A DNA stretch of 64,000 nt, from positions 35,754 through 99,753 of the forward strand of contig BPGJ01000008.1 of assembly GCA_026002975.1 (NCBI GenBank), written 5' to 3'. The translations under genes and the position numbers were made by a program. The stretch comes from Acidimicrobiia bacterium. Lineage in GTDB: Bacteria; Actinomycetota; Acidimicrobiia; Spongiisociales; ZC4RG35. Below, piece by piece: positions 44,796 to 54,538 of this stretch; positions within the stretch are counted from its first letter, which is position 1; the number at the start of each line of letters is the position of its first letter. Under the pieces are notes generated by a model. The model was not told where the DNA came from. It saw nothing but the letters and a program-made list of their open reading frames with translations, and did not search any database.

Positions 44796-45791
44796 ATGCA
44801 CATCCCCGACGGATTCATCAGCGCCCCCGTCTCGGCCGGGGCGGCGCTCCCCGCCCTGGGGAGTCTCGTCGCCGCCCTCGCCAGGGCGAGTCGCACCCTC
44901 AAGGAGCGGTTGGTGCCCTTCGCCGGCCTCACCGCCGCCTTCATATTCGTGCTGCAGATGCTCAACTTTCCCGTGGCCGCCGGGACCAGCGGGCATCTGA
45001 TCGGCGGGGCACTGGCCGCCATCTTGCTCGGCCCATGGATGGGCATCGTGGCGGTGTCGGTGGTTGTGATCGTCCAGGCTCTGCTCTTCGCCGACGGCGG
45101 GATCACTGCCCTCGGCCTCAACGTGCTCAACATGGCGGTGATCACGGTGGGCGTTGCCTGGCCGGTGTTTCGTCTCCTCTCCCGGCTGCTGCCCCAGCGC
45201 TCCGCCGGGGTGCTCATAGCCAGCATGGTCGCGGCTTGGGCGTCGGTGCCCGCCTCGGCGATCGGCTTCGCGATCGAGTATTGGATCGGCGGCCAGGGCG
45301 GAGTGGACCCCGGACTCGTGTTCTCGGCCATGGTCGGCGTGCATGCCCTGATCGGAATCGGGGAAGGGCTGATCACCGCTGCCGCGATAGGGGCGGTGCT
45401 GGCGGTTCGGCCAGACCTGGTGGCGGGAGCGGAAGGCCTGGGGATCAGCGCCGACGACACCACCACCCCCTCCCGGGTGGCGTTGGGCTCGTTCGTCGCC
45501 GCCGGCGTCGCGGTGGCGGTGGCGCTGGTGGTGTTCGTTGCGCCCTTCGCCAACCCCAACCCAGACGGCCTGGAGCGGGTAGCGGAGAACACCGGTTTCC
45601 TCGACACCGCCCAAGACCACCCCATCGGCGGCCCGCTGGCCGACTACGGGGTGGCCGGCATCGACAACCCGTGGATCGGCACCGCCGTCGCCGGGCTGAT
45701 CGGAACCGGGATCACCTTCGCGGCGGGGATGCTGCTGGTGGGGATCGTACGGCGGTTCCGTCAGCGCGAGCAGGTGCCGGCATCCCGGTGA
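44796..45791 (+). CDS. cbiM: ECF cobalt/nickel transporter CbiM fused to a PDGLE domain
   Basis: The N-terminus is MHIPDGFISAPVS. Seven TM helices follow. The C-terminal ..NPNPDGLERVAENTGF.. plus a final TM helix form a PDGLE domain, in place of a separate cbiN. Confidence 0.85.
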   Translation: MHIPDGFISAPVSAGAALPALGSLVAALARASRTLKERLVPFAGLTAAFIFVLQMLNFPVAAGTSGHLIGGALAAILLGPWMGIVAVSVVVIVQALLFADGGITALGLNVLNMAVITVGVAWPVFRLLSRLLPQRSAGVLIASMVAAWASVPASAIGFAIEYWIGGQGGVDPGLVFSAMVGVHALIGIGEGLITAAAIGAVLAVRPDLVAGAEGLGISADDTTTPSRVALGSFVAAGVAVAVALVVFVAPFANPNPDGLERVAENTGFLDTAQDHPIGGPLADYGVAGIDNPWIGTAVAGLIGTGITFAAGMLLVGIVRRFRQREQVPASR

Positions 45792-45813
45792 CGCCCACCC
45801 GGGGAGGCCGGCC

Positions 45814-46578
45814 ATGAGCGGCACCCACCTGCACGTCCTCCACGTCCACGGCCACAGTCCGGTGCACCGCCTCGCCCCCGAGGTGAAGGTGGTGGCGATG
45901 CTGGCCTTCGTCGTGGGGGTGGTCGCCACCCCTCGGGAGGCCCTTTGGGCCTTCGCCATCCACGCCTTCTTCCTGGTGGCGGTGATCAGCTTCGCCGAGC
46001 TGCCCTTCGGCTTCGTCTTCCGGCGGATGATGATCGAGGTCCCCTTCGTCGCATTCGCGGTAGCCCTACCCTTCCTTGGTGGTGGGCCGAGGATCGAAGT
46101 CGCCGGTGTATTGGTGTCCCTGGAGGGGCTGTGGGGGGCATGGAACATCCTGGCCAAGGGGACCCTCGGAGTTGGGGCGTCGGTGGTGTTGGTGGCCACC
46201 ACCGAGATCCCCGAGATACTCCGGGGTCTCGACCGGCTGAGAGTCCCGCGACTCCTCACCTCGGTGGCAGGTTTCATGATCCGCTATATCGAGGTTCTCG
46301 CCTCCGAGCTCCGCCGTACCCGCACCGCCATGGCATCCCGTGGGCATGACGCCCGGTGGCTATGGCAGGTGGGGCCGCTCGCGGCCTCTGCTGGGGCGCT
46401 GTTCGTGCGCTCCTACGAGCGAGGGGAGCGGGTCTACCAGGCCATGCTCTCCCGTGGTTACGACGGCACCATGCCCCAGCTCGACGAGCGTCGAGCCCGG
46501 GGGACGGAGTGGGCGGCAGCGCTGGGCCTTCCTCTCACCACCTGGATGGTGGCGTTGCTCGCCATCGTGGGATCATGA
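45814..46578 (+). CDS. cbiQ: ECF transporter transmembrane (T) component CbiQ
   Basis: ..HRLAPEVKVVAML.. and the coupling-helix region ..MIRYIEVLASELRRTRTAMASRG.. are present. Confidence 0.85.
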   Translation: MSGTHLHVLHVHGHSPVHRLAPEVKVVAMLAFVVGVVATPREALWAFAIHAFFLVAVISFAELPFGFVFRRMMIEVPFVAFAVALPFLGGGPRIEVAGVLVSLEGLWGAWNILAKGTLGVGASVVLVATTEIPEILRGLDRLRVPRLLTSVAGFMIRYIEVLASELRRTRTAMASRGHDARWLWQVGPLAASAGALFVRSYERGERVYQAMLSRGYDGTMPQLDERRARGTEWAAALGLPLTTWMVALLAIVGS

Positions 46579-47339
46579 GCACCGTGTCGCGTGCAGCCGC
46601 CATTCGAGTCGAGGACCTCTGGTTCGCATATCCGGACGGCACCGAGGTGCTGCGGGGTGTGGCACTGGCCTTGGAGCCGGGGGAAAGGGTCGCGCTGCTC
46701 GGTCCCAATGGAGCGGGGAAGACCACCTTGGTGCTACACCTCAACGGCATCCTCACCCCTTCCCGGGGGCGGGTGGTGGTGGGGGAGACGACGGTGGACG
46801 ATGCCCACCTACGCGAGGTCCGGCGGCGGGTGGGGCTGGTGTTCCAGGACGCCGACGACCAGCTCTTCATGCCTACGGTGTGGCGGGACGTCGCGTTCGG
46901 CCCCGCCAACTTCGGAGTCGAGGGAGAGGAGCTGGAGCATAGGGTGGCCGCCGCCCTGCAGGCGGTAGGGGCCGCCCACCTCGCCCAGCGGCCGCCGCAC
47001 CACCTCTCCGGCGGCGAGAAGCGGCGGGTGGCGATCGCCACCGTGCTGGCGATGGAGCCGGAGGTGATCGTCCTCGACGAGCCCACCTCGAGCCTCGATC
47101 CCGCCGGGCGCCGGGAGCTCGCCGACGTACTGTCCCGGCTGACCCAGACCGTTCTGCTGGTCACCCACGACCTCCCCTTCGCCCTGGAGCTCTGCCCCCG
47201 CAGCCTGATCTTGAACCATGGGAGGGTCGTCGCCGACGGTGCCACCTGGGAGCTACTGGCGGACGCCGAGCTGATGGCCGCCAATCGGCTCGAGCTCCCC
47301 TTCGGTCTCGACCCCACCCGGGCCCGGCCGCCGGCGTGA
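46575..47339 (+). CDS. cbiO: ECF transporter ATPase CbiO
   Basis: ATG 46575 overlaps the cbiQ stop (ATGA). Motifs GPNGAGKTT, LSGGEKRRV, VIVLDEPT and LVTHDL are present. Confidence 0.9.
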   Translation: MSTVSRAAAIRVEDLWFAYPDGTEVLRGVALALEPGERVALLGPNGAGKTTLVLHLNGILTPSRGRVVVGETTVDDAHLREVRRRVGLVFQDADDQLFMPTVWRDVAFGPANFGVEGEELEHRVAAALQAVGAAHLAQRPPHHLSGGEKRRVAIATVLAMEPEVIVLDEPTSSLDPAGRRELADVLSRLTQTVLLVTHDLPFALELCPRSLILNHGRVVADGATWELLADAELMAANRLELPFGLDPTRARPPA

Positions 47340-47369
47340 GCTCGGCACCGGCGCCGTCGGGGTCTGGTT

Positions 47370-47750
47370 CTAGTCCTCGAACGGGTTCTCGAGGAGCCGC
47401 ATGTCGTACTTGGCGAGCACCTCGACGACCCCCTCCGGGGTAGGCATCTGGTCGACCGGCATCGGTGACAGCGACGATTCCATGGGCACGCCGATCTCCT
47501 CGAAGAAGCGGGGTTGGGGGTCTATGGGCGGGTAGATGGCGAGCAGGCGGCCGTCGGTGTCTCCCACGTTCCGGAAACCGCGGGGTACGTTGCCCGGCAC
47601 GTGAACCACCGAACCGACCGGGGCGAGAATGGCGTACTTCTCTCCGTTCTCGTCCTGCCCCGTACCATCAGCCTGACATCCCGATTCATCCGATCCGACG
47701 TGGGTCGGCGGGGCGGATAGGATCCGGGGATCGTCGATCGTCAGGAACCC
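47370..47750 (-). pseudogene. cupin-domain protein remnant (N-terminus missing or overlapped)
   Basis: The C-terminal part ..APPTHVGSDESG...YAILAPVGSVVHVPGNVPRGFRNVGDTDGRLLAIYPP..FFEEIG.. is cupin-like. No plausible start occurs before the frame runs antisense into the ABC ATPase gene at 47754. Confidence 0.4.
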
Positions 47751-47753
47751 GAC

Positions 47754-48683
47754 GTGCTGGAAGCCAGGGGCCTTTGCAAGTCGTACGGTGATCTGGTCGC
47801 GGTCGACGGCGTGGACCTGGTGGTCGCAGCCGGCGAGACCTACGGCTTGTTGGGTCCCAACGGGGCGGGCAAGACCACCACCATCTCCATGATCGCCGGT
47901 CTGCTCGAACCCGACGCAGGCGAGGTGGTGGTGGACGGTCGGCAGATCACCGCCCGCTCCCCGAAGGGCAAGGAAGCGATCGGTCTGGTTCCCCAGGAGC
48001 TGGCCATCTATCCGGACCTCACCGCCGCCGAGAACCTCGCCTTCTTTGGCCGCCTCTACGGGTTGGGTGGACGGGAACTCGCCGCCCGAGTCGACCAGGT
48101 CCTGGAGGTCGTCGGCCTGGCCGACCGCCGCGACGACCTGACCAAGGAGTTCTCGGGAGGGATGAAACGCCGCCTCAACATCGGGCTCGGACTGTTGCAC
48201 TCCCCCAAGCTGCTGATCCTCGACGAACCCACCGTCGGTGTCGACCCCCAGTCCCGCAACGCCATCCTCGAGTCGGTCGAAGCCTTGGCGACCGGTGGGA
48301 TCGCGGTGCTCTACACCACCCATTACATGGAGGAGGCCGAACGGCTGTGTGACCGGGTGGGGATCATCGACGCCGGGCGGATCGTCGCGGAAGGAACCCG
48401 CCGCGAGCTGGTGTCCCTGGTCGGTCAACGTGACCGGGTGACGATCGGCGGGTCGGGGGATCCCATGGCCACGGTGGCCGCCGTGGGCTCCGTCCCCGGG
48501 GTGGTGGAGGTGACCTCCTCCGACCACACCATCGAAGCCCTGGTGGAGGGAGCGTCGAGGCTGCTCCCCGAGATCCTGGCCAAGGCGACAGCCGCCGGGT
48601 GGAACGTCACGTCGGTGCAGGTCGTGGAACCAAACCTAGAAGCCGTGTTCCTCCACCTGACCGGCAAGGCGCTGCGGGACTGA
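47754..48683 (+). CDS. ABC transporter ATP-binding protein (ABC-2/DrrA-like)
   Basis: GTG 47754. Motifs GPNGAGKTT, FSGGMKRRL, LLILDEPT and YTTHYMEEAE are present. Confidence 0.9.
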   Translation: MLEARGLCKSYGDLVAVDGVDLVVAAGETYGLLGPNGAGKTTTISMIAGLLEPDAGEVVVDGRQITARSPKGKEAIGLVPQELAIYPDLTAAENLAFFGRLYGLGGRELAARVDQVLEVVGLADRRDDLTKEFSGGMKRRLNIGLGLLHSPKLLILDEPTVGVDPQSRNAILESVEALATGGIAVLYTTHYMEEAERLCDRVGIIDAGRIVAEGTRRELVSLVGQRDRVTIGGSGDPMATVAAVGSVPGVVEVTSSDHTIEALVEGASRLLPEILAKATAAGWNVTSVQVVEPNLEAVFLHLTGKALRD

Positions 48684-49846
48684 TGCGGTCGACCTTCCGT
48701 ATCGCAGCCAAGGACCTCCAGCTCCGGATCCGGGACCGGTCGGCGGTGATCATCGGAGTCGTGACCCCGCTGGTGCTGGCTTTCGTGTTCAACCTGGTGT
48801 TCGGCGGCTCCGTAGAAGGCGACGTCGACCTCTCCTACGGGGTCGTCGACCTCGACGACTCGGTGATCTCCCATGCCTTCGTTGAAGTCCTCGACCAGCT
48901 CGGGGAGCAGGGGCTGGTCACCGTGGACCGCTTCGACACCTACGAGTCTGCGGTCGCGGCGCTCGAATCCGGCGGGCTGGACGCCTTCTTCGTCCTCGAC
49001 GGAGGGCTGGGACAGGCGGTGACGACCGGTGGGAGGGCGACCATTCGGGTGGTGGGAGACGTCGATGCGCCCACCTCGACCCGGATCGCCGCCTCGATCG
49101 CCAAGAGGTTCGCCATCGGGGTTGAGACCGTCGGGCTGGCTCTGACCACGGTCCAGGCGATCGACCCCGGGATGTTGCCGCTCGGTGGCGATCCGACCAC
49201 CGCCGCGGGATCGTTCGAGATCGTCGAAGCCGCCACGGCCGATCGGCAGCTCGACCCCGCCACCTACTTCGCCGCCGGGATGGCGGTGTTCTTCCTCTTT
49301 TTCACCGTCCAGTTCGGGGTGGCGGGCCTGCTCGAGGAGAGCAGGGAAGGGACCCTGGCCCGTCTGCTGGCCGCCCCGATCCCACGCTGGTCGGTGCCGA
49401 CCGCCAAGGCATTGGTCTCCTTTCTCCTCGGGGTGGTGGCGATGTCGGTACTCGCTTTCGGGACCAGCCTGATCATGGGGGCGAGGTGGGGGGACCCTCT
49501 GGGGGTGGCGGTCCTGGTCGTGGCGGGGGTGACGGCCGCCACCTCGATCATGGGTCTGGTGGCGGCCTTCGCCCGCACCCCCGAGGGAGCCGGAAACCTG
49601 GGCTCCATCATCGCGGTGATCCTCGGAATGCTCGGCGGAACCTTCTTTCCCCTGGGCAGAGGGGAGGACCTGCTCTCCAAGGTTTCGCTGGTCTCCCCCC
49701 ACGCTTGGTTCCTCAGGGGTCTGGGCGACCTGGCAGGCGGCGCCCCCTGGCACGCCGCTCTGCCCGCGGCCGGGGCCATGCTGGTCTTCGCAGTCGCATG
49801 CGGGGTTCCCGCCGCGGTGCTCCTCGGCAGGAGGTTGGACCGGTGA
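48683..49846 (+). CDS. ABC-2 type transporter permease
   Basis: The start overlaps the ATPase stop (TGATG). The protein has one N-terminal TM helix, a large loop and a C-terminal TM bundle. Confidence 0.8.
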   Translation: MRSTFRIAAKDLQLRIRDRSAVIIGVVTPLVLAFVFNLVFGGSVEGDVDLSYGVVDLDDSVISHAFVEVLDQLGEQGLVTVDRFDTYESAVAALESGGLDAFFVLDGGLGQAVTTGGRATIRVVGDVDAPTSTRIAASIAKRFAIGVETVGLALTTVQAIDPGMLPLGGDPTTAAGSFEIVEAATADRQLDPATYFAAGMAVFFLFFTVQFGVAGLLEESREGTLARLLAAPIPRWSVPTAKALVSFLLGVVAMSVLAFGTSLIMGARWGDPLGVAVLVVAGVTAATSIMGLVAAFARTPEGAGNLGSIIAVILGMLGGTFFPLGRGEDLLSKVSLVSPHAWFLRGLGDLAGGAPWHAALPAAGAMLVFAVACGVPAAVLLGRRLDR

Positions 49847-50994
49847 AGGTACTGGCCATCGGGTGGGTGAACACCAAGCGGATGCTGAGGGAACGATCCA
49901 ACCTGTTCTTCGTGTTCATCCTCCCCATCGCCATCGTGCTGCTGGTGGGCGCCCAGTTCGGCGGCGAGTTCACTCCCCTCATCGGGGTGGTCGCGGCCGA
50001 CGACCCGCTGGCGGAAGCCGTCCTGGATGCTCTGGGCGACGAGGAAGCGATCGACGTCCTCACCTACCCCGAGGAGACCCTCCTGGTCCGGGCGGTGGAG
50101 AGAGGTGTCGTCCAGGGAGGGGTGATCCTCACCGACGGGATGTGGGAGGTCGCCGCTCGGGGAGAGCCGATCCGGGTCGAATACCTGGCCAGACCCGACC
50201 AGCAGCAGCTACGGGAGGTCGTGTCGTCGCTGGTCGCCAGGGTGATGGCCCCGGTGGGAGCAGCCCAATACGCGGCCCGTCACACCGGAGCGTCGTTCAA
50301 AGAGGCGTTCGAGATCGCCCAGGCGTTGCTGCCCTCCGAAGAGCAGATCGAAGTGCAGGTTGCCACCGTGGGGGAGGCGCTGTTCCCTCCCACCCTGGGA
50401 CGGTTCGACCTGGGCGCGAGCCAGCAACTCGTCCTGTTCGTGTTCCTGACCGCGCTGGCCGGATCGTCGTCGCTGATCCTCACCCGGCGGCTCGGTCTCA
50501 GTCGCCGCATGCTGTCCACCCCCACCGGGGTGGGCACGATCGTCGCCGGTGAGGCCGCGGGCCGTTTCGGGGTCGCTCTCACCCAGGGGGTGTACATCAT
50601 GGTCGCCACCACGCTGATGTTCGGTGTGGGTTGGGGAGACCCGCTCGCAGCGGTGGCGCTCCTGGTGGCCCTGTCGGCGGTGGGGGCGGCCGCGGGGATG
50701 CTGATGGGCGCCACCTTCGACAACGATCAGCAGGCTTCCGGCATCGGGGTGATGGTCGCCCTCGGGTTGGGTGCTCTGGGGGGATCGATGCTCCCCATGG
50801 AGCTGTTCTCACCCACCATGCGGACGGTCGCCCACCTGACCCCTCACGCCTGGGCGTTGGACGGGTTCGCAGAGCTGGTGCGTCACGACGGAACCCTGGT
50901 GGATATCGCCGGGGAGCTCGGGGTGCTCTTCGGTTACGCGGCGGTGATCGGCTCGGTTGCGGCGTGGCGTCTGCGTAAGGCCATCACCACCTGA
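49843..50994 (+). CDS. ABC-2 type transporter permease (second)
   Basis: GTG 49843 overlaps the upstream stop (GTGA). The topology is the same as the preceding permease. Confidence 0.8.
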   Translation: MKVLAIGWVNTKRMLRERSNLFFVFILPIAIVLLVGAQFGGEFTPLIGVVAADDPLAEAVLDALGDEEAIDVLTYPEETLLVRAVERGVVQGGVILTDGMWEVAARGEPIRVEYLARPDQQQLREVVSSLVARVMAPVGAAQYAARHTGASFKEAFEIAQALLPSEEQIEVQVATVGEALFPPTLGRFDLGASQQLVLFVFLTALAGSSSLILTRRLGLSRRMLSTPTGVGTIVAGEAAGRFGVALTQGVYIMVATTLMFGVGWGDPLAAVALLVALSAVGAAAGMLMGATFDNDQQASGIGVMVALGLGALGGSMLPMELFSPTMRTVAHLTPHAWALDGFAELVRHDGTLVDIAGELGVLFGYAAVIGSVAAWRLRKAITT

Positions 50995-51053
50995 GCCTCT
51001 TGGACCCCCGACCAAAGACCCCCGATTTGAAGCCCACGGAGCCCCCCGAGCTG

Positions 51054-51102
51054 TTTTTATGACGCGAACCCGCCCGATCCGGGCGGGTTCGCGTCATAAA
51101 AA
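51054..51102. repeat. 49-bp AT-rich perfect palindrome, copy 3 (variant with compensatory changes)
   Basis: TTTTTATGACGCGAACCCGCCC-gatcc-GGGCGGGTTCGCGTCATAAAAA. The outer 11 bp of each arm are identical to copies 1 and 2. Three inner positions differ, and each is matched by the complementary change in the other arm. Confidence 0.9.
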
Positions 51103-51125
51103 CGAGTGAGGCGGCGGGGGAGGCC

Positions 51126-53432
51126 GTGATGGAGCTGGGATACCTTTTGAGGGTGCTGGGAAGGAGGATGCCGGTCACCGACGGTGTTCTCCGTGTAAAC
51201 GGGGTGCAGGGCCCGGTCGGCATCCGTCGCGACCGTTTCGGGGTGCCCTACGTCTCGGCGGCGACCGACGCCGACGCCTGGTTCGGGTTGGGTTTCTGCC
51301 ACGGCCAGGATCGGGCGTTCCAGCTCGAATCCCTGATCCGGGTGATTCGGGGCACCCTCTCGGAGCTGATCGGCCCGGAGGGCGTCCCGATCGATCGGCT
51401 CTCCCGACGGATGGGACTGCGGGTCCGGGCGGAAGAACAGCTCGCGGTCCTTCCCGCCGAGATCCGAGAGAATGTCGAAGCCTACGCCCGGGGGGTCGAT
51501 GCCGGAATCCGGATCGGATGCGAGCGCCCCGCCCACGAGTTCGTCCTCCTCCGAGCGGAACCATCGACCATGGAGGCCGCCGACGTGGTGGGGATGTTCG
51601 AACTCATGTCCTTCCTGTTGGCCTCGAACTGGGACCGCGAGCTGGCCCGCTACCGGGTCCTCACCCTCGACGGACCCGACGCCCTCCGGTCGGTGGACGT
51701 CACCTACCCCGAGTGGCATCCGGTGAGCATCCCACCTCATCCCGCCGCCGGCTCGGTTGCCGACCGGCTCGCCGAGGACGTTGCCGCCTTCCGGGCGGTG
51801 TTAGGGGAGGGAGGCGGATCCAACGCCTGGGCGGTGTCGTCCGACAAGACCGCCACCGGGCGTCCGCTCCTCGCCAACGACCCTCACCTCGCGCCGACCC
51901 TCCCGCCCCACTGGTACCTCGTACATCTCCGCACCCCCGTCTGGGCCGCCGCCGGGGCCTCCTTCGTAGGGGTCCCCGCCATTCCGGTCGGCCACAACGG
52001 GTTCTGCGCCTGGGGGGTCACCGCCGGGCTGGTCGACAACACCGACCTCTTCTTGGAGGAGGTCGGACCCGATGGACGGTCGGTGCGACAAGGTGACGGC
52101 TTCGTGCCCTGCCGGGTGAGAGAAGAGGTGATCCGGGTGAAGGGGTCCGACCCGGTGGTGGAGACCGTCCTCGAGACCCCCAGGGGGCCGATAGTCGGCC
52201 CGGCTCTCGATGCGGCCGCGATCTCGATGAAGGCCACCTGGTTGGAGCCCACCGGCTACGTGGGGTTGTTGGGGATCCACAAGGCCCGCTCCTGGGACGA
52301 GTTCCGGGCCATGTTCGACCCCTGGCCCGGCCTGCCCCTCAACCTGGTCTACGCCGATCGGGACGGGCACATCGGCTGGCAGCTCGTCGGCGACGCCCCG
52401 ATCCGTCTGAAAGGGGCCGGGGCTCTCCCCATACCGGGCGCCGACGCCGGATGGGAGGACCGACGGGTGCCCTTCGAGGAGATGCCCCACACCGTCGACC
52501 CGGACGAGGGTTACGTCGCCTCTGCCAACAACCGCCCGATCCCCGCCGACGAACCTCCGTTCCTCGGGGTCGATTGGATCGAGGGCTACCGGTACATGAG
52601 GATCTGCGAAGCGCTCGCCGGCCGGGACGACTGGACCGTCGACGGTTTCCTCCGCCTCCAGACGGACCTGGTTTCTATCCCCTGGCGGGAGATGAGACCC
52701 CACGTGCTGGCCACCGCCGGCGACGACCCGGACACCCGGACGGGGTTGGCCATCCTCGAAGCCTGGGACGGGGTGGTGTCGCCCCACGGTCCCGGACCCT
52801 GTGTGTACGAGCTGTTCGTGGCCGAACTCGTCGGCGACCTGGTGCGGGAGCTGGCTCCACGGTCGGCCGAATGGGCACTGGGCAAGGGATTCAACCCGCT
52901 GGTGCCCGACACCGCCTACGCCTTGGTCCGCACCGGGTGGCTGGTCGACCTGCTCCGGTCGGGCCGGGTCGAAGAGAGCCGGGTGGCGGCCGCGGTGGCC
53001 CGAGCGGTCCGCCAGGCGCGCGACAGGCTGGGACCCGACCCCTCCGGATGGAACTGGGGCGACCTGAGACCCCTCCGGCTGGGGCATCCCCTGGGCCGCC
53101 GCCGACCCCTCGACAAGGTGTTCGACCTGGGTCCCATCCGGTGGGGAGGAGACGCCACCACCGTGTCGCAGGCCGCGGTGGTGCACCACAGCATGGACAC
53201 GCCGCCACCCTTCATCGCCTCCCTACGAACCGTGATCGACGTCGGCAACTGGTCGGCGTCCAGATTCGTGCTCCCGGGAGGCCAATCCGGCAACCCTGCC
53301 TCCCGCCACTACCGGGACCAGCTCGACCTGTGGGCGACCGGCGGTGGCATCCCGATCGCCTGGGAGGAAGACGAGATAGAAGCCAGGACGGTCAGAACCC
53401 TGAGGCTCGTCCCCCGGTCACCGACCGGCTAG
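51126..53432 (+). CDS. penicillin acylase / AHL acylase family Ntn-hydrolase
   Basis: 768 aa. ..WFGLGFCHGQDRAFQLE.. is present, and the autoprocessing/nucleophile site is GGGSNAWAVS. There is no obvious signal peptide. Confidence 0.85.
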   Translation: MMELGYLLRVLGRRMPVTDGVLRVNGVQGPVGIRRDRFGVPYVSAATDADAWFGLGFCHGQDRAFQLESLIRVIRGTLSELIGPEGVPIDRLSRRMGLRVRAEEQLAVLPAEIRENVEAYARGVDAGIRIGCERPAHEFVLLRAEPSTMEAADVVGMFELMSFLLASNWDRELARYRVLTLDGPDALRSVDVTYPEWHPVSIPPHPAAGSVADRLAEDVAAFRAVLGEGGGSNAWAVSSDKTATGRPLLANDPHLAPTLPPHWYLVHLRTPVWAAAGASFVGVPAIPVGHNGFCAWGVTAGLVDNTDLFLEEVGPDGRSVRQGDGFVPCRVREEVIRVKGSDPVVETVLETPRGPIVGPALDAAAISMKATWLEPTGYVGLLGIHKARSWDEFRAMFDPWPGLPLNLVYADRDGHIGWQLVGDAPIRLKGAGALPIPGADAGWEDRRVPFEEMPHTVDPDEGYVASANNRPIPADEPPFLGVDWIEGYRYMRICEALAGRDDWTVDGFLRLQTDLVSIPWREMRPHVLATAGDDPDTRTGLAILEAWDGVVSPHGPGPCVYELFVAELVGDLVRELAPRSAEWALGKGFNPLVPDTAYALVRTGWLVDLLRSGRVEESRVAAAVARAVRQARDRLGPDPSGWNWGDLRPLRLGHPLGRRRPLDKVFDLGPIRWGGDATTVSQAAVVHHSMDTPPPFIASLRTVIDVGNWSASRFVLPGGQSGNPASRHYRDQLDLWATGGGIPIAWEEDEIEARTVRTLRLVPRSPTG

Positions 53433-53642
53433 TAGGGAGACCGTCCCCCACACGGTCAGCAACAGGCCGACCCCGGTGAGGAACAACACCCTGCCCGGGC
53501 GGAAACGGGCCCCCTCCACTCCCTCGGGCGCCTCGCCCCGGTGTGCCTTCCACCACGCATACAGGTTGCCGACCACCAGCGCCAGGCCGAGACCGACCGT
53601 CATCTCAGCGAAGAGGGTGTCGAACCCCAGAATGTCGCCCAT
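53418..53642 (-). CDS. small two-TM membrane protein (hypothetical)
   Basis: 74 aa with two hydrophobic helices. It converges on the acylase gene with a 15-nt overlap. Confidence 0.35.
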   Translation of the reverse strand: MGDILGFDTLFAEMTVGLGLALVVGNLYAWWKAHRGEAPEGVEGARFRPGRVLFLTGVGLLLTVWGTVSLLAGR

Positions 53643-53748
53643 CCACCGGACGGTACCGCTGCGGCTGGCGTCCAGTTCCCGACGGCGAACACCGAGAATG
53701 ATTCAGCTGCCCATCCAGCGCACGGTACCCGGCTAGCGTTGCCGGTCG

Positions 53749-54504
53749 ATGCGCCACTGCTACGTCCTGCGGGTCTTCACCCGGAACGGGGAGGGTGGAA
53801 ACCACCTAGGGGTGGTCACCGACGTGACCGGCATCGACGACGAGCAGATGCAGACCACGGCGGCCCAGCTCGGTTTCTCCGAGACGGTGTTCGTCGACTG
53901 GAGGGAAGGGCCGGTTCCGGTGGCTCGGATCTTCACCCCGACCACCGAGATCCCGTTCGCCGGCCACCCCTTGGTCGGCGCAGGGTGGGTTCTGAACGTC
54001 CTCGGGCCCGGAGCCGACCGGATCAGATGCGGAATCGGCGAGATCCCCATCCACGTCGACGGCGACCGCACTTGGATCTCGGTGCCGGGTACCCGCCCCG
54101 TCCGACTGACGACGCCGCCGGGGGGAGGAGTCGGGGCGTTCGAGGTCCTCATGCCCCTCCCCTACATGGTCGTCGCATATCCCGACCCCGAAGCGGTCGC
54201 CGGTCTCGACCCGGACGGTTTCACCTCCGAGACGCTGGCATGGTCCTGGATCCGGGAAGGGGAGAAGGTCAAGGCGCGCTTCTTCGCTCCCAGCGTCGGG
54301 GTGAGAGAAGATCCGGGGACGGGCAGTGCCGCCGTGGCGCTGGCCGAGGTGCTCCGCCGGGTCGGAATGGAGTCGGGCTCTCTGACCATCGAACAGGGAG
54401 ACGAGACCGGTCGGCCGTGCACTCTCCACCTGATGTGGAACCGCGACGCCATCCGGGTCGGGGGTGCGGTGGTGCGGGACGAGGTGCGGGTGCTCGAAGT
54501 CTGA
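53749..54504 (+). CDS. PhzF-family isomerase-like protein
   Basis: ..VFTRNGEGGNHLGVV...AAQLGFSETVFV.. and ..EDPGTGSAAVAL.. are typical PhzF-family motifs. Confidence 0.8.
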   Translation: MRHCYVLRVFTRNGEGGNHLGVVTDVTGIDDEQMQTTAAQLGFSETVFVDWREGPVPVARIFTPTTEIPFAGHPLVGAGWVLNVLGPGADRIRCGIGEIPIHVDGDRTWISVPGTRPVRLTTPPGGGVGAFEVLMPLPYMVVAYPDPEAVAGLDPDGFTSETLAWSWIREGEKVKARFFAPSVGVREDPGTGSAAVALAEVLRRVGMESGSLTIEQGDETGRPCTLHLMWNRDAIRVGGAVVRDEVRVLEV

Positions 54505-54538
54505 GAGACCCGGCGGAGAGGCGTCATAGACTGACGCC

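Noticed and set aside
53418-53642. A small membrane protein plus the PhzF-like gene as part of a phenazine-type pathway.
   Set aside because: No other phz genes (phzA/B/D/E/G) are present. Stand-alone PhzF-family isomerases are common housekeeping paralogs.
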